Made by a program: the position numbers and the translations under genes | From: an uncultured Nitrospiraceae bacterium | GTDB taxonomy: Bacteria; Nitrospirota; Thermodesulfovibrionia; Thermodesulfovibrionales; SM23-35 | Assembly: GCA_963727775.1 (NCBI GenBank) | Contig: CAVSHB010000001.1 | Coordinates: 960,001 to 1,024,000, forward strand | DNA length: 64,000 nt | Direction: 5' to 3' | Shown here: positions 1 to 10,223 of the stretch, in pieces | How the letters are laid out: each line of letters opens with the position of its first letter | Position numbering within the stretch: the stretch's first letter is position 1 | Notes under the pieces: generated by a model | Database searches by the model: none | What the model saw: the letters and a program-made list of their open reading frames with translations, nothing else | Told to the model about the DNA's origin: nothing

Positions 1-93
1 AGGTTGAATCTGCCCGCGGTTCATTGCCATGTGTGGCCATGGTGACTACCAGGTTCCGACCCTTCAATTGCGGAGGACAGACCGTCCACCTAG

Positions 94-1796
94 GAGTCTG
101 TCGGACTTGAATTGCTGTTTTTGACAGCGGTTGGAATCCGAGAGAGTCGATTGTAGTTATTTTTCATGATTTGATCGTCTGTCATCGGTTCTTTCCTGCC
201 GGTGTTTTGTTGGATACATTATGCCATCGCCATTTTCAGGCGCCTACCTGGCTGTTCCTCAATGCATGCAGCCTTTTGATGTTCCATGCAATGCAGATCA
301 TATCCCACTCGCCATTGACTGCAGTAAAACCACGCAACAGGAATCGGTCAAATCCCATAGCTGCCTTGATTACCCCAAACGCCGGCTCCACAGTACTCTT
401 GCGTATCGCATAAATTGCCTTACCGGCAACTGTCTTCAACCGATGTTTCATTCTTGTCACTGCATCAGCATCAACCGGCAATGGAGGCGGTTCGACGAAT
501 CGCTCCCATAAAGGCTGATTATGACTCTGCCGATCTACTGCTATATATGGCTCTATTCCTTTGCTCTCACATTCTTGCACATTTGCTTCGCTGTAATACC
601 CGCTGTCGGCTATTATAGTTTTTACTTTGCCAAGTTGTTCGGGCAGATATGTAAGCGCTTCAAGCGCTGGTTTCATCTGCTGTTTGTCATTGGATTGTTG
701 TGTTACATGCGTTGCGACAATAAGCATTGTTTCTGTATCCACGGCTGCTTGAGCATTATAAGCCTGCTTGAATCCTCCACCCGATGCCGGCATTATGCGA
801 GATTCTTCATCGGTCAGATTGACCTGATCTTTGTCAGTTGGCCCGGCTGCAGGCGGCTTGGGTCCTTTGCCTCGGGGTTTCTTGCCGCTCTGCTTTTGTT
901 TGGCTACACGCTCTGCCTGTTTCTTTTCACTGTCGGCTTGTTCCATTGCATGCCGCTCTGCCGCACGGCGCTCTATCTCAGCTTTTGCTTCAGCTATCAT
1001 TTTCAGCCGCTTCTCTCGCCGCTCCAGCTCTTCCGGGATGTTCATGCCGTCAGGAATGTCAGCTTTGTCAGCAGCCTCAGCTTTCTTCATCAGTTCCGCC
1101 ACTTCCACTTTCAACTTATTCTCTATTTTGCATGCATGCCCGTAGCTCAACGCCTTGTGCTTTGAGGCATTGGCTTTCATTTTGGTCCCATCCAAGCTGA
1201 CCGTGCCTAACTTCAATACCCCGGTTTCTGCTGCTATCATTAGTATCTGCACAAACAGTTCTTTCAGCTTAGGCAAAAACCGACGTCGAAAGGTTGCTAT
1301 TGTGTCATGGTCAGGGTGACTGTTGGCTGCCACATACCGGAATGCTACAGAGTCGTACGTGCTACGCTCTAATTGCCTGCTCGAAAAGACTCCCGTCGCA
1401 TATCCGTAAAATAATAATGCCACCAGCATCTCAGGGCTGTATGCCTCGCTGCCTCGTCCTGCATAATCATTTTTCAACCGGTCAAGATTAAGCTGATCCA
1501 CTATCTCTACGACAAATCTCGCCAAGTGACCCTCGGGCAACCATTCCTGCACCGACGGCGGAAATAAATATATCGTCTCTCTGTCACATTGTTTGAACAT
1601 TATGCTGATCTCCTGTTGTTCATTCTTATGCCGCTTGTCTATTATGCCATAAGGAACGCCCATGCAGGTCTGTCGGACTTAGATAATTACAGGCCGAAAA
1701 GATTTCTGCTGCCCAGTTTGCAATAAAGGTTCTTAAGAGACTGCCGTGTCCTTCAAGAAGTAAACTTTTCAGAAATGTTGAAAGTCCGACAGACTC
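94..1796 (-). mobile_element. IS1182-family insertion sequence
   Basis: 15-bp inverted repeats GAGTCTGTCGGACTT (94-108) and AAGTCCGACAGACTC (1782-1796), both flanked by CTAG (90-93, 1797-1800); encloses a transposase. Confidence 0.85.
236..1600 (-). CDS. IS1182-family DDE transposase
   Basis: Motifs LPEGHLARFV, SSRQLER, PDHDTIATFRRR, DGTK, ADSGY, RKSTVEPAFG; start placed at ATG 1600 (CAGGAG upstream) rather than 1663. Confidence 0.9.
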   Translation of the reverse strand: MFKQCDRETIYLFPPSVQEWLPEGHLARFVVEIVDQLNLDRLKNDYAGRGSEAYSPEMLVALLFYGYATGVFSSRQLERSTYDSVAFRYVAANSHPDHDTIATFRRRFLPKLKELFVQILMIAAETGVLKLGTVSLDGTKMKANASKHKALSYGHACKIENKLKVEVAELMKKAEAADKADIPDGMNIPEELERREKRLKMIAEAKAEIERRAAERHAMEQADSEKKQAERVAKQKQSGKKPRGKGPKPPAAGPTDKDQVNLTDEESRIMPASGGGFKQAYNAQAAVDTETMLIVATHVTQQSNDKQQMKPALEALTYLPEQLGKVKTIIADSGYYSEANVQECESKGIEPYIAVDRQSHNQPLWERFVEPPPLPVDADAVTRMKHRLKTVAGKAIYAIRKSTVEPAFGVIKAAMGFDRFLLRGFTAVNGEWDMICIAWNIKRLHALRNSQVGA

Positions 1797-1902
1797 CTAG
1801 GGTGCACCCAACGACGTTCTTCTCCACATAATCAGCACGAGGGTATGCCGCTCAGGAAAGTGTAATCATCTGATCTTTCTCTGAAGTGGTTCGTGTCAGC
1901 AA

Positions 1903-4900
1903 TCAATTCACCGTTAGGGCATTGCTTACAGTCAGACGCGTGTAGCCATCGTTGGTAAAGAGGCGGAATTCGTAGGTTCCTACAGGGACAGTGGACGGCA
2001 CGGTGTACTGACAGGAGCCGGACGCCCTGGCAGTGCCAGCGGTCTGTGTACAGCTGCTGTCGTAGATCCAGTCTAACCAGAAGGCGTCAGCCGTTCCCTG
2101 GGTGTAGAGGCCTATCCAATCCGTAGTGGTCGGCGAGGAGACTCCGCCAAAGGTGACCGTCACTGCATTCCCTCTGACTACACTGCCAGGGGACACGGTA
2201 AGGGTGACACCCGCAGTGGTGACCGTTAGAGCATTGCTTACAGCCAGGCGAGTGTAGCCGTTGTTGGCAAAGAGGCGGAATTCATAGGTTCCTGCAGGGA
2301 CAGTGGACGGCACCGTAAACTGACAGGAGCCGGAGGCCCTGGCACTGCCCGCGGTCTGCGTACAACTGCTGATGTACCCCCACCCAAGATATGCGCTGTC
2401 AGCCGTTCCCTGGGCGTAGAGACCGATCCAATCCGTAGTGGTCGGCGAGGAGACTCCGCCAAAGGTGACCGTCACTGCATTCCCTCTGACTACACTGCCA
2501 GGGGACACGGTAAGGGTGACACCCGCAGTGGTGACCGTTAGAGCATTGCTTACAGCCAGGCGAGTGTAGCCGTTGTTGGCAAAGAGGCGGAATTCATAGG
2601 TTCCTGCAGGGACAGTGGACGGCACCGTAAACTGACAGGAGCCGGAGGCCCTGGCACTGCCCGCGGTCTGCGTACAACTGCTGATGTACCCCCACCCAAG
2701 ATATGCGCTGTCAGCCGTTCCCTGGGCGTAGAGACCGATCCAATCCGTAGTGGTCGGCGAGGAGACTCCGCCAAAGGTGACCGTCACTGCATTCCCTCTG
2801 ACTACACTGCCAGGGGACACGGTAAGGGTGGTGGTAGGCGACTGAGGCGTTGCCGTAACCTGTCCGGAATTGCCGCTTTCGCCACAGGAGTTGACACCCG
2901 ACACCACATAATAATAGGGAGTTCCGTTTATCAGGCCTGTATCAGGATAACCGGTCGTTGTCACTCCACTGGCGATTGTGCTGTAAGGCCCGCCATTGAT
3001 GGTGGAGCGCTTAACATTGTACGTGGTGGCCCCGGAGCTGGCTGTCCACGTAAGGGTCACCTGGGCGTTGCCAGCTGCTGCAGACAGTCCTGAAGGAACA
3101 GCAGGTGTCGAGCATACCGTTGCGCTTGCCTGGTTTGAGTTAGGACTCGCACCTGCCGAATTCACCGCCTGCACCACATAGTAGTAAGTACCATTGGCCA
3201 AGCCGCTATCGTTATAGCTTGTGGAAGTGACGCCCGCAGCAAGACTGCTGTATGGTCCTCCGTTTACCGTCGAGCGAAACACGGTATAACTGGTGGACCC
3301 GGAGCTGGCTGTCCACGTGAGACTCACTTGCGCGTTATTCGCCGTAGCAGCAAGGTTGGTAGGTGCAGCAGGTGGGGCGGCTGCAACAGGAGCAAGATCG
3401 GCAAAAAGATTGCTTCCGCTGAAAGTTCCCCAGCCCGTAGCGTTATCATAGCCGGCTACGGCAGGATAGTACAGATTTGTGCTCCCATCCTTGATGTCAT
3501 GAAAATCTGCTGAATACTTTGAACTGGTTGCAATTTGATAAATTATGGGGTTGGCAAAACCCAGCGTGGTAATTCCATTGGCAACACGTTGCTGGTTGAC
3601 TAGCGCGGTGAACGCTGCCCAGAGAGGAGATGCACAGCTCGTTCCGCCATAAATCTGCCATTTCTTTTTGTAATAAATGGCATAGCCGGTATATTGGTCT
3701 GCATTGAGTGAAACATCTGGGACGTTCCTCATGGTCTGAGAAGCCGCGGTTGTTACCCCCTGCTGCCAGGAAGGGATACTCCAAACAGAGCTAATCCCGC
3801 CACCGCCTGCCCCTCCGCTTATCGTATTGTTGACATTCCAGGTAGTTTCGGAATTGTACGTTTCGCCTGCATTGACAAAAAGCTGCGTGCCTCCTACTCC
3901 AACCACGTAGGGTTGGGAGGCAGGATCATCAACGCTGAGCGTTGAGCCATTGTCATAGGCTCCGCTGTCACCCGAAGCTGCATATATAGACTGGCCCTGC
4001 GCTGCCATCTGCTTAAAAGCGTTATTCTCTGCGCTCAGCACCGTGGAACCGGTCTGTCCTTCACTAAGTCCCCAGGATGTACTGATCTGTCTGGCCAGAT
4101 TGTCCGTAGCTATACGGTTGTAAGTGTCCACAACCCCTGCATTTGTGTTTGGCCCCTCATAGACGATGATACTGCTGGCTCCCGGTGCAAGAGCTATCTG
4201 AAGTTCTATGTCTAGTGTTACCTCGTCCGCTCCGCTTCCTGCCCTGCCGGAAAAACGATCAACCAAGACATTTCGAAGAGGAACCGAAGGAAGACCGAAA
4301 TAGCTCACATAACTTGCTATATCGGACGATGTATACCCGTCAAGTTCAAAGAGGCCAAGAGTCTGGCCTGAACCGTTTGCCGAGACACTATTGAGATTAT
4401 ATGCGGTTCTTATGTCACCGGGTGTCAGGCCACCGCCGGGGCCGGTACCAATCTGATTAGGAAATGACTGTGCCATTTGTGCCTCCTGGACAAGATGGTT
4501 ATGGGCATGCCAGACGGCAGCGTTGTCCAAGCCGATAACTCCCGTAATTCGTCCGGCGATGAAATCGGGGACCTCAGGGTCGTTGTCAGGGGCATAAAAC
4601 GTACGCCCATCCATAGCCTGGTAGTTATGGAGATGCAGGTTAAAGGCTGCTTCGAATGCTGAAGCAGGACCTGAAACATTCAAAAGAGTTCGGTTTGCAT
4701 GCGTACCTGTCACCATTAAGCCGAGGCTGTGTGCATAAGCGGCAACAGCTTCATAATCAGCCTGAGTCGGGCCAAATCTGTCCGTAAATTCCTGAGAAGT
4801 GAGGAAGTTGCCGTAGAGGGGATCAGCAGGATCATATATACGTCTCAGCAGTTCCTCCAACTCCTGCTGATTGCGCAATGGCAAAGATAAGGTAGCCTTT

Positions 4901-5091
4901 ATTTCCGTAGAAGATGAAAGTCGTTCAAGCAGGACGGCCTTGGCAACAGCCCGGGTCGGTACATGGCCGTGCAGTCGCATAAAGGACTGGGCAGCGATTG
5001 CCTGTCCGGGAATTAGGGTTCCACCAAAAAGGAAAAAAACTGCCATTAGCCCTACGAATAATCTGGTAATCCTATGTGATATAACTTTCAT
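1903..5091 (-). CDS. Secreted S53 (sedolisin/kumamolisin-like) peptidase with pro-domain, two Fn3 domains and three C-terminal beta-sandwich repeats
   Basis: Signal peptide; pro-kumamolisin motif (YGNFLTSQEFTDRFGP); catalytic motifs EVTLD, ASGD, GGTS; Fn3 motifs APTNL..W..Y..YYYVV. Confidence 0.9.
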   Translation of the reverse strand: MKVISHRITRLFVGLMAVFFLFGGTLIPGQAIAAQSFMRLHGHVPTRAVAKAVLLERLSSSTEIKATLSLPLRNQQELEELLRRIYDPADPLYGNFLTSQEFTDRFGPTQADYEAVAAYAHSLGLMVTGTHANRTLLNVSGPASAFEAAFNLHLHNYQAMDGRTFYAPDNDPEVPDFIAGRITGVIGLDNAAVWHAHNHLVQEAQMAQSFPNQIGTGPGGGLTPGDIRTAYNLNSVSANGSGQTLGLFELDGYTSSDIASYVSYFGLPSVPLRNVLVDRFSGRAGSGADEVTLDIELQIALAPGASSIIVYEGPNTNAGVVDTYNRIATDNLARQISTSWGLSEGQTGSTVLSAENNAFKQMAAQGQSIYAASGDSGAYDNGSTLSVDDPASQPYVVGVGGTQLFVNAGETYNSETTWNVNNTISGGAGGGGISSVWSIPSWQQGVTTAASQTMRNVPDVSLNADQYTGYAIYYKKKWQIYGGTSCASPLWAAFTALVNQQRVANGITTLGFANPIIYQIATSSKYSADFHDIKDGSTNLYYPAVAGYDNATGWGTFSGSNLFADLAPVAAAPPAAPTNLAATANNAQVSLTWTASSGSTSYTVFRSTVNGGPYSSLAAGVTSTSYNDSGLANGTYYYVVQAVNSAGASPNSNQASATVCSTPAVPSGLSAAAGNAQVTLTWTASSGATTYNVKRSTINGGPYSTIASGVTTTGYPDTGLINGTPYYYVVSGVNSCGESGNSGQVTATPQSPTTTLTVSPGSVVRGNAVTVTFGGVSSPTTTDWIGLYAQGTADSAYLGWGYISSCTQTAGSARASGSCQFTVPSTVPAGTYEFRLFANNGYTRLAVSNALTVTTAGVTLTVSPGSVVRGNAVTVTFGGVSSPTTTDWIGLYAQGTADSAYLGWGYISSCTQTAGSARASGSCQFTVPSTVPAGTYEFRLFANNGYTRLAVSNALTVTTAGVTLTVSPGSVVRGNAVTVTFGGVSSPTTTDWIGLYTQGTADAFWLDWIYDSSCTQTAGTARASGSCQYTVPSTVPVGTYEFRLFTNDGYTRLTVSNALTVN
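1910..2830. repeat. Three tandem 312-bp coding repeats (104 aa)
   Basis: 312-bp periodicity with no differences seen from 2114 to 2830; the 1910-2113 part is diverged; identical alternate-frame ORFs at 2238 and 2550 support identity. Confidence 0.95.
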
Positions 5092-5394
5092 GATTGACCA
5101 CCTATTGACTGTATCATGTCTATTAACATGGATTTCTGCTTTCAGTGGAGTTAATTAGGTTTGTGTAACAGTTTAGTCCGAATCGCTCAATCATACCACT
5201 ATTTATATTTTTCTTCTTGTTTCTATTGAAAGTCAACAGTGTGTGCTGTGCAACGTTAGGTAAGCTGAATTACGTCGCAAATTGTCTCTCATCGCAGGGA
5301 TGCATATGTGAATCGGAAATCTTGTATCCGCTAAAAGCTGGCCGGCGAGGAGTCGTAGGTGAAAATGGCAAGGCCAGCCTATATAGAAGATAAT

Positions 5395-7608
5395 CTAAGC
5401 TCTCACCGGTTTAAAAATCACAACGGACAAAGGAGGAAAAGTTGCTTTTATCGAATATGGTTTTCCGTGCCAGGGTACTGGATCGGATTTTAATCCTCCA
5501 GCGTTGCCCATATTGCTTCCCCAGTACATCTCGGAATCGCTATTGAGTATCTCTTTGTAAAAACAGTTTGTCGGTACGCCGATCCGGTAACCGATTCTCG
5601 GCACAGGTGTAAAGTTACATATTATTACAAGAAAATCGTCAGGGTCTTTTGCCTTTCGCATGAATGAGATAACGCTGCTCTCGGCGTCGCGGAAGTCGAT
5701 CCATTCAAAACCGCCGGGATCGAAGTCTACCTCATACAAAGCGGGTTCGGTATGATGGATGTTATTCATATCCTTAACAAACTTTTGGAGACAGCTGTGG
5801 GATGTGAATTGCAGGAGGTGCCAGTCAATGCTTTTGTCATGGTTCCATTCATCCCATTGCCCGATTTCTACACCCATGAATAGTAATTCCTTGCCGGGAT
5901 GGGTGAACATGAATCCATAAAGAAGCCTCATGTTTGCAAATTTCTGCCACATGTCCCCGGGCATCTTGTTTAACAGAGACCGTTTCCCGTGTACGACTTC
6001 ATCATGGGAAAGGACGAGGATAAAATTCTCGGAAAAGGCATAGAGGAGGCTGAAGGTAAGGTGGTTGTGATGGTATTTTTTGTGTATCGGCTCTTTCGAA
6101 ATGTATTCGAGAGTGTCGTTCATCCATCCCATATTCCACTTGAAGCTGAAACCGAGGCCTCCTAAATATGTCGGCTTTGATACGCCGCCCCAGGCTGTCG
6201 ATTCTTCAGCAATGGTAAGTATGCCGGGATGGCGCTGGTGGACAATCTCATTGAAATTTTTAATAAAAGCAATGGCCTCTATGTTTTCTCTGCCGCCGAA
6301 TTCATTGGGGATCCATTCTCCTTCTTTACGGGAATAGTCAAGATAGATCATCGATGCCACGGCGTCTACGCGCAGCCCGTCTATGTGGTATTTTTCGAAC
6401 CAGAAAAGGGCATTGGAGAGTAGGAAGTTCGTGACTTCTTTCCTTCCGTAATTGAATATCTTTGTGCCCCAGTCGGGATGAAACCCTTGTCTCGGGTCTT
6501 CGTGTTCATAAAGGCATGTGCCGTCGAAAAAGCCGAGGCCGTGTCCGTCAGTAGGAAAATGGGCCGGGACCCAATCGAGGATAACGCCTATGTTGCTTTT
6601 ATGACATTGATCTACGAAGTACATAAAATCTTCAGGTTTTCCATGCCTGCTTGTCGGTGCGAAATACCCTATAGTCTGATAACCCCATGACGCATCCAGA
6701 GGATGTTCCGTTACAGGCAAAAGTTCTATATGGGTGAACCCCATTTCTTTTACATATCCGATCAGTTTTTCTGCAAGCTCCCTGTAGGTGAGGTACCTTC
6801 CGCCTTCCTCAGGGGCTCTCATCCATGAGCCGAGATGCACTTCGTAAATGGACAAAGGCGATTCGAACCAGTTCTTTTTTTGCCGCGCCTTCATCCATTC
6901 GGTGTCGTTCCATCGATATTTGTTGATGTTATAAACAATTGATGCGCTCTTGGGTCTTATTTCGGCATAAAAAGCATAAGGGTCCGCCTTCTCAGCCATA
7001 TTTTTTTTGTATTTCGATTTTATCTGGAATTTATAAATTTCTCCTTCCTGAAGACCGGGGATGAATATCTCCCATATGCCGGAGGAGCCGAGAATTCTCA
7101 TGGGGTGCCTTCTTCCGTCCCATTTATTAAAATCCCCGATAACACTGACACATTTTGCATTCGGGGCCCAGACAGCAAAATGGACACCTTTTATGTTGTT
7201 TATTTCCATTATATGAGCGCCGAGTTTCTCATAAATATTGTAATGGCTGCCTTCTCCGAACAGATGAAAATCAAAATCAGTGAGCACGGGCAGAAAAGAA
7301 TACGGGTCGTGAAACTCCGAGATTAAACCTTCATGGGATTGCACTCTTATAAGATAGGGAAAAACTTCTTTCTTACCCGGAATGATCGACTCGAAAAAGC
7401 CGGCTTTGTGGATTTTTTCCATTTGATATAATTTTTTAAGCTTTATATCAACTATCCATGCCGTTGCTGCTTCAGGCAGAAACGCCCGGACAGCGACTGC
7501 CTTTCCTTTATCCGTCTCAACGATATGGTTGCCGAGCACCTGGAAAGGGTCCCAGTGCGCCGCATTTACGATAAGCCTTATTTGGTCTTTTAAAGAATCT
7601 CTTGGCAT
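5395..7608 (-). CDS. glgB: 1,4-alpha-glucan branching enzyme
   Basis: [47 protein letters not shown] motifs. Confidence 0.97.
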   Translation of the reverse strand: MPRDSLKDQIRLIVNAAHWDPFQVLGNHIVETDKGKAVAVRAFLPEAATAWIVDIKLKKLYQMEKIHKAGFFESIIPGKKEVFPYLIRVQSHEGLISEFHDPYSFLPVLTDFDFHLFGEGSHYNIYEKLGAHIMEINNIKGVHFAVWAPNAKCVSVIGDFNKWDGRRHPMRILGSSGIWEIFIPGLQEGEIYKFQIKSKYKKNMAEKADPYAFYAEIRPKSASIVYNINKYRWNDTEWMKARQKKNWFESPLSIYEVHLGSWMRAPEEGGRYLTYRELAEKLIGYVKEMGFTHIELLPVTEHPLDASWGYQTIGYFAPTSRHGKPEDFMYFVDQCHKSNIGVILDWVPAHFPTDGHGLGFFDGTCLYEHEDPRQGFHPDWGTKIFNYGRKEVTNFLLSNALFWFEKYHIDGLRVDAVASMIYLDYSRKEGEWIPNEFGGRENIEAIAFIKNFNEIVHQRHPGILTIAEESTAWGGVSKPTYLGGLGFSFKWNMGWMNDTLEYISKEPIHKKYHHNHLTFSLLYAFSENFILVLSHDEVVHGKRSLLNKMPGDMWQKFANMRLLYGFMFTHPGKELLFMGVEIGQWDEWNHDKSIDWHLLQFTSHSCLQKFVKDMNNIHHTEPALYEVDFDPGGFEWIDFRDAESSVISFMRKAKDPDDFLVIICNFTPVPRIGYRIGVPTNCFYKEILNSDSEMYWGSNMGNAGGLKSDPVPWHGKPYSIKATFPPLSVVIFKPVRA

Positions 7609-7617
7609 GTGGGAAAA

Positions 7618-7767
7618 TTATGGATGCGGAGATGGAGAGCAGGAAGGGCCTGTGTAGTGCCTGTATTCAGCATAAGGGAAACAGGAGGATTCCGGTTGAT
7701 ACTTATAGGTTGCGCATCCGCAAAAAACCAGTAAAGATATAATTAATATGATGATTTTTAATTTCAT
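7618..7767 (-). CDS. Small putative lipoprotein, 49 aa (below ORF-track cutoff)
   Basis: MKLKIIILIISLLVFCG-CATYKY...: basic N-terminus, hydrophobic stretch, lipobox-like FCGC; AAGAAGG upstream; TAA at 7618-7620. Confidence 0.55.
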   Translation of the reverse strand: MKLKIIILIISLLVFCGCATYKYQPESSCFPYAEYRHYTGPSCSPSPHP

Positions 7768-7854
7768 TATAGCCTTCTTTTGTAAATACTATAAAACAAA
7801 GTTTTATAAAATACAATCAAACCACATTGATAATATAAATTATTGAGGCATATA

Positions 7855-8050
7855 TTATTAACCCGGCAACAAAATATCTCAAGCCATCATCCTCGCTTGT
7901 CGGGGATCAGACGGTGCAACAGATTGAAAGCAAAGAAAGATTCTCGATGCGAGTCTACGCTGAGAGTCGCTTCGACCGGACAAGCCCGCCGTAAGTCTGG
8001 CGGGCAAGCCGGAATGACAAAATTCAAGTATTTGATTGCCGGTTTAATAA
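7855..8050. mobile_element. MITE-like element A with nested palindromes
   Basis: About 22-bp imperfect terminal IRs TTATTAACCCGGCAACAAAATA / TATTTGATTGCCGGTTTAATAA; internal hairpin GCCCGCC..GGCGGGC. Confidence 0.6.
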
Positions 8051-8159
8051 ATGAGTAAAACTGAGGCCATTACAAAACCTTTTGAATTTATTGGAATTTG
8101 AAATAGACGGGCTGTTCTTTTCAGGACAAATTGCCTTGTAAGAAAACCTATATGAGTAG

Positions 8160-8381
8160 GGGGTCTGCGACAAATTTATTGGTAAAGTTACCTTTAAGTA
8201 CGTAAAGGCTTGAGAACTTCCCTCTTGGGTTAAGGGGGATTGAGGGGGTTACTTTAATATTTGTCTTTAATTTCAATAAAATAACTCCCCCTTGCCCCCT
8301 CTTATCCCAAGAGGGGGAACTCGGAACGGTTCTGCTTTAAATAAGCTGAAACACGGTTACCTATAAATTTGTCGCACACCC
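8160..8381. mobile_element. MITE-like element B with target-site duplication
   Basis: 25-bp IRs GGGTCTGCGACAAATTTATTGGTAA / TTACCTATAAATTTGTCGCACACCC (2 mismatches); direct repeat TATGAGTAG at 8151-8159 and 8382-8390. Confidence 0.8.
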
Positions 8382-8397
8382 TATGAGTAGCCGGCGA

Positions 8398-8427
8398 TTG
8401 ACGCCGGGTATCGCTACATTTTAATAT
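8398..8427 (+). promoter_or_regulatory. Putative sigma70 promoter of tyrS (probably leaderless)
   Basis: TTGACG-N18-TAATAT-N7-ATG with no Shine-Dalgarno. Confidence 0.55.
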
Positions 8428-8434
8428 ACTGCTT

Positions 8435-9649
8435 ATGCTGAAACCCGATAAACAACTTGAGGTTATAAAAAGAGGCGCTGTCGAGGTCATTATCGAGGCC
8501 GACCTTCTTAAGAAGCTCGAAAGGTCATATGACGAAAACAAGCCGCTGAGGATTAAGGCGGGCTTTGATCCGACTGCTCCGGACATCCATCTCGGCCATA
8601 CTGTATTGCTCGAAAAGATGAGGCAATTCCAGGAATTGGGACACGAGATCGTATTCCTCATAGGTGATTTTACGGGCATGATAGGTGATCCGACAGGCCG
8701 ATCGGAGACGAGGAAGCCGCTCACCAAAGAAGAGGTCGTGAGGAACGCAGAGACGTATAAAAAACAGGTGTTCAGGATTTTGGACCCTGATAAGACACAG
8801 GTCAGGTTTAACAGCGAATGGCTTTCGCAGATGGCTGTAATGGACTTTATCAAGCTCGGCACGATGCAGACTGTTGCAAGGATGCTGGAACGGGAAGATT
8901 TTAAAAAAAGATATGAGAACCGGCAGGACATAACTATACTCGAATTCTATTATCCGCTGTTCCAGGGATACGACTCGGTCTATCTTAAATCGGATGTTGA
9001 ACTCGGCGGTACCGACCAGAAATTCAATATACTGATGGGAAGGACACTCCAGAGAAAGATGGGCGTTGAAGAGCAGACCGTTGTTCTAATGCCTTTGCTT
9101 GAAGGTCTCGATGGCGTAAATAAGATGTCCAAGAGCCTCGGCAATTATATAGGCATAAGTGAATCTCCCAAAGAAATGTTCGGAAAGATAATGTCAATAA
9201 GTGACGATCTCATGCTCAGGTATTATGAGCTGCTGAGCCATGTTTCCCTGGACGAACTGAAGTCTCTGAAAGATGGGATAGAGAAGGGCAGTGTTCACCC
9301 AAAACATGCAAAAGAAAATCTTGCCCTTGAGATTGTTGGAATATATTGGGGTGAAGAAGGAGCGTTAAAAGCAAAAGAAGAATTTGAACATATCTTTACT
9401 CAAAAAGGTCTTCCCGATGAGATCCTTACGTTTGAGCTTGAATGGGACAGCGATGAAATCTGGGTCCCGAAACTCATGAAGCTCTCCGGCTTAACATCAA
9501 GCACGGGCGAAGCAATACGGCTTATAAAGCAGGGCGGGGTGACTATTAATGATCACAAGCATAGCGATCCGGATGTAAATCTTGCCCGGGGAAGTTATTT
9601 ATTTAAAGTCGGGAAAAGAAAATTCTTAAATATAAAATCAAAGACGTAG
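8435..9649 (+). CDS. tyrS: Tyrosine--tRNA ligase
   Basis: [26 protein letters not shown] motifs and C-terminal S4 domain. Confidence 0.97.
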   Translation: MLKPDKQLEVIKRGAVEVIIEADLLKKLERSYDENKPLRIKAGFDPTAPDIHLGHTVLLEKMRQFQELGHEIVFLIGDFTGMIGDPTGRSETRKPLTKEEVVRNAETYKKQVFRILDPDKTQVRFNSEWLSQMAVMDFIKLGTMQTVARMLEREDFKKRYENRQDITILEFYYPLFQGYDSVYLKSDVELGGTDQKFNILMGRTLQRKMGVEEQTVVLMPLLEGLDGVNKMSKSLGNYIGISESPKEMFGKIMSISDDLMLRYYELLSHVSLDELKSLKDGIEKGSVHPKHAKENLALEIVGIYWGEEGALKAKEEFEHIFTQKGLPDEILTFELEWDSDEIWVPKLMKLSGLTSSTGEAIRLIKQGGVTINDHKHSDPDVNLARGSYLFKVGKRKFLNIKSKT

Positions 9650-10174
9650 ATGTTTTTTTGCAAGCTCCATAAGTCCGGCGACCTTTAAGTCAACATAGTC
9701 GCCCTCTGATCTAAATTTTTCCAGTGTCTGATAAAGCCCGTCTATCGGAAGTTTCATGACCTCAATGTCTTCCGTCTCGTCCCTTTGGCCGATACCTTTA
9801 AATTCGAGTCCCTTTGCGAGGAACACCGAGAGTATTTCTCCTGAGGCGCCGGATGACAGGGGCCCTTCTGCAAGGAAAATTATATCTTTTGCAGAATAGC
9901 CGGTTTCTTCCAGCAGTTCTCTCTCAGCCGCGCCCAAAAGAGAATCTCCCTTGTCATTCAACCCTGCGGGAAATTCGATCACATAGGAATTTACGGGCGG
10001 CCTGAATTGCCTTATCAGCAGCACATCGTGATCTATTACAGGCACAATTGCAACTATACCCTTGCAATTGACCCGTTCAATGTATTCCCATTCTCTTTCC
10101 ACTCCCGCTGAATCGGAGTATCTGACAATAACACAACTAAGGAAATTGCCTCTCCAGAGGGTCTTTTTATCCAA
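9638..10174 (-). CDS. NUDIX hydrolase (ADP-ribose pyrophosphatase-like)
   Basis: [24 protein letters not shown]udix box. Confidence 0.9.
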   Translation of the reverse strand: MDKKTLWRGNFLSCVIVRYSDSAGVEREWEYIERVNCKGIVAIVPVIDHDVLLIRQFRPPVNSYVIEFPAGLNDKGDSLLGAAERELLEETGYSAKDIIFLAEGPLSSGASGEILSVFLAKGLEFKGIGQRDETEDIEVMKLPIDGLYQTLEKFRSEGDYVDLKVAGLMELAKKHLRL

Positions 10175-10223
10175 TAGTGTGATTTTCTTTTTCAGGACGC
10201 ACCTTTCCGGTCGGCAATATGGA

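Noticed and set aside
1910..2830. Diversity-generating retroelement (template/variable repeat) in the peptidase C-terminus
   Set aside because: Differences between copies involve all four bases on either strand and many are synonymous, so they are not adenine-specific; no DGR reverse transcriptase is present
7843..8058. 71-aa ORF
   Set aside because: It is a translation of palindromic element A with no protein-like features
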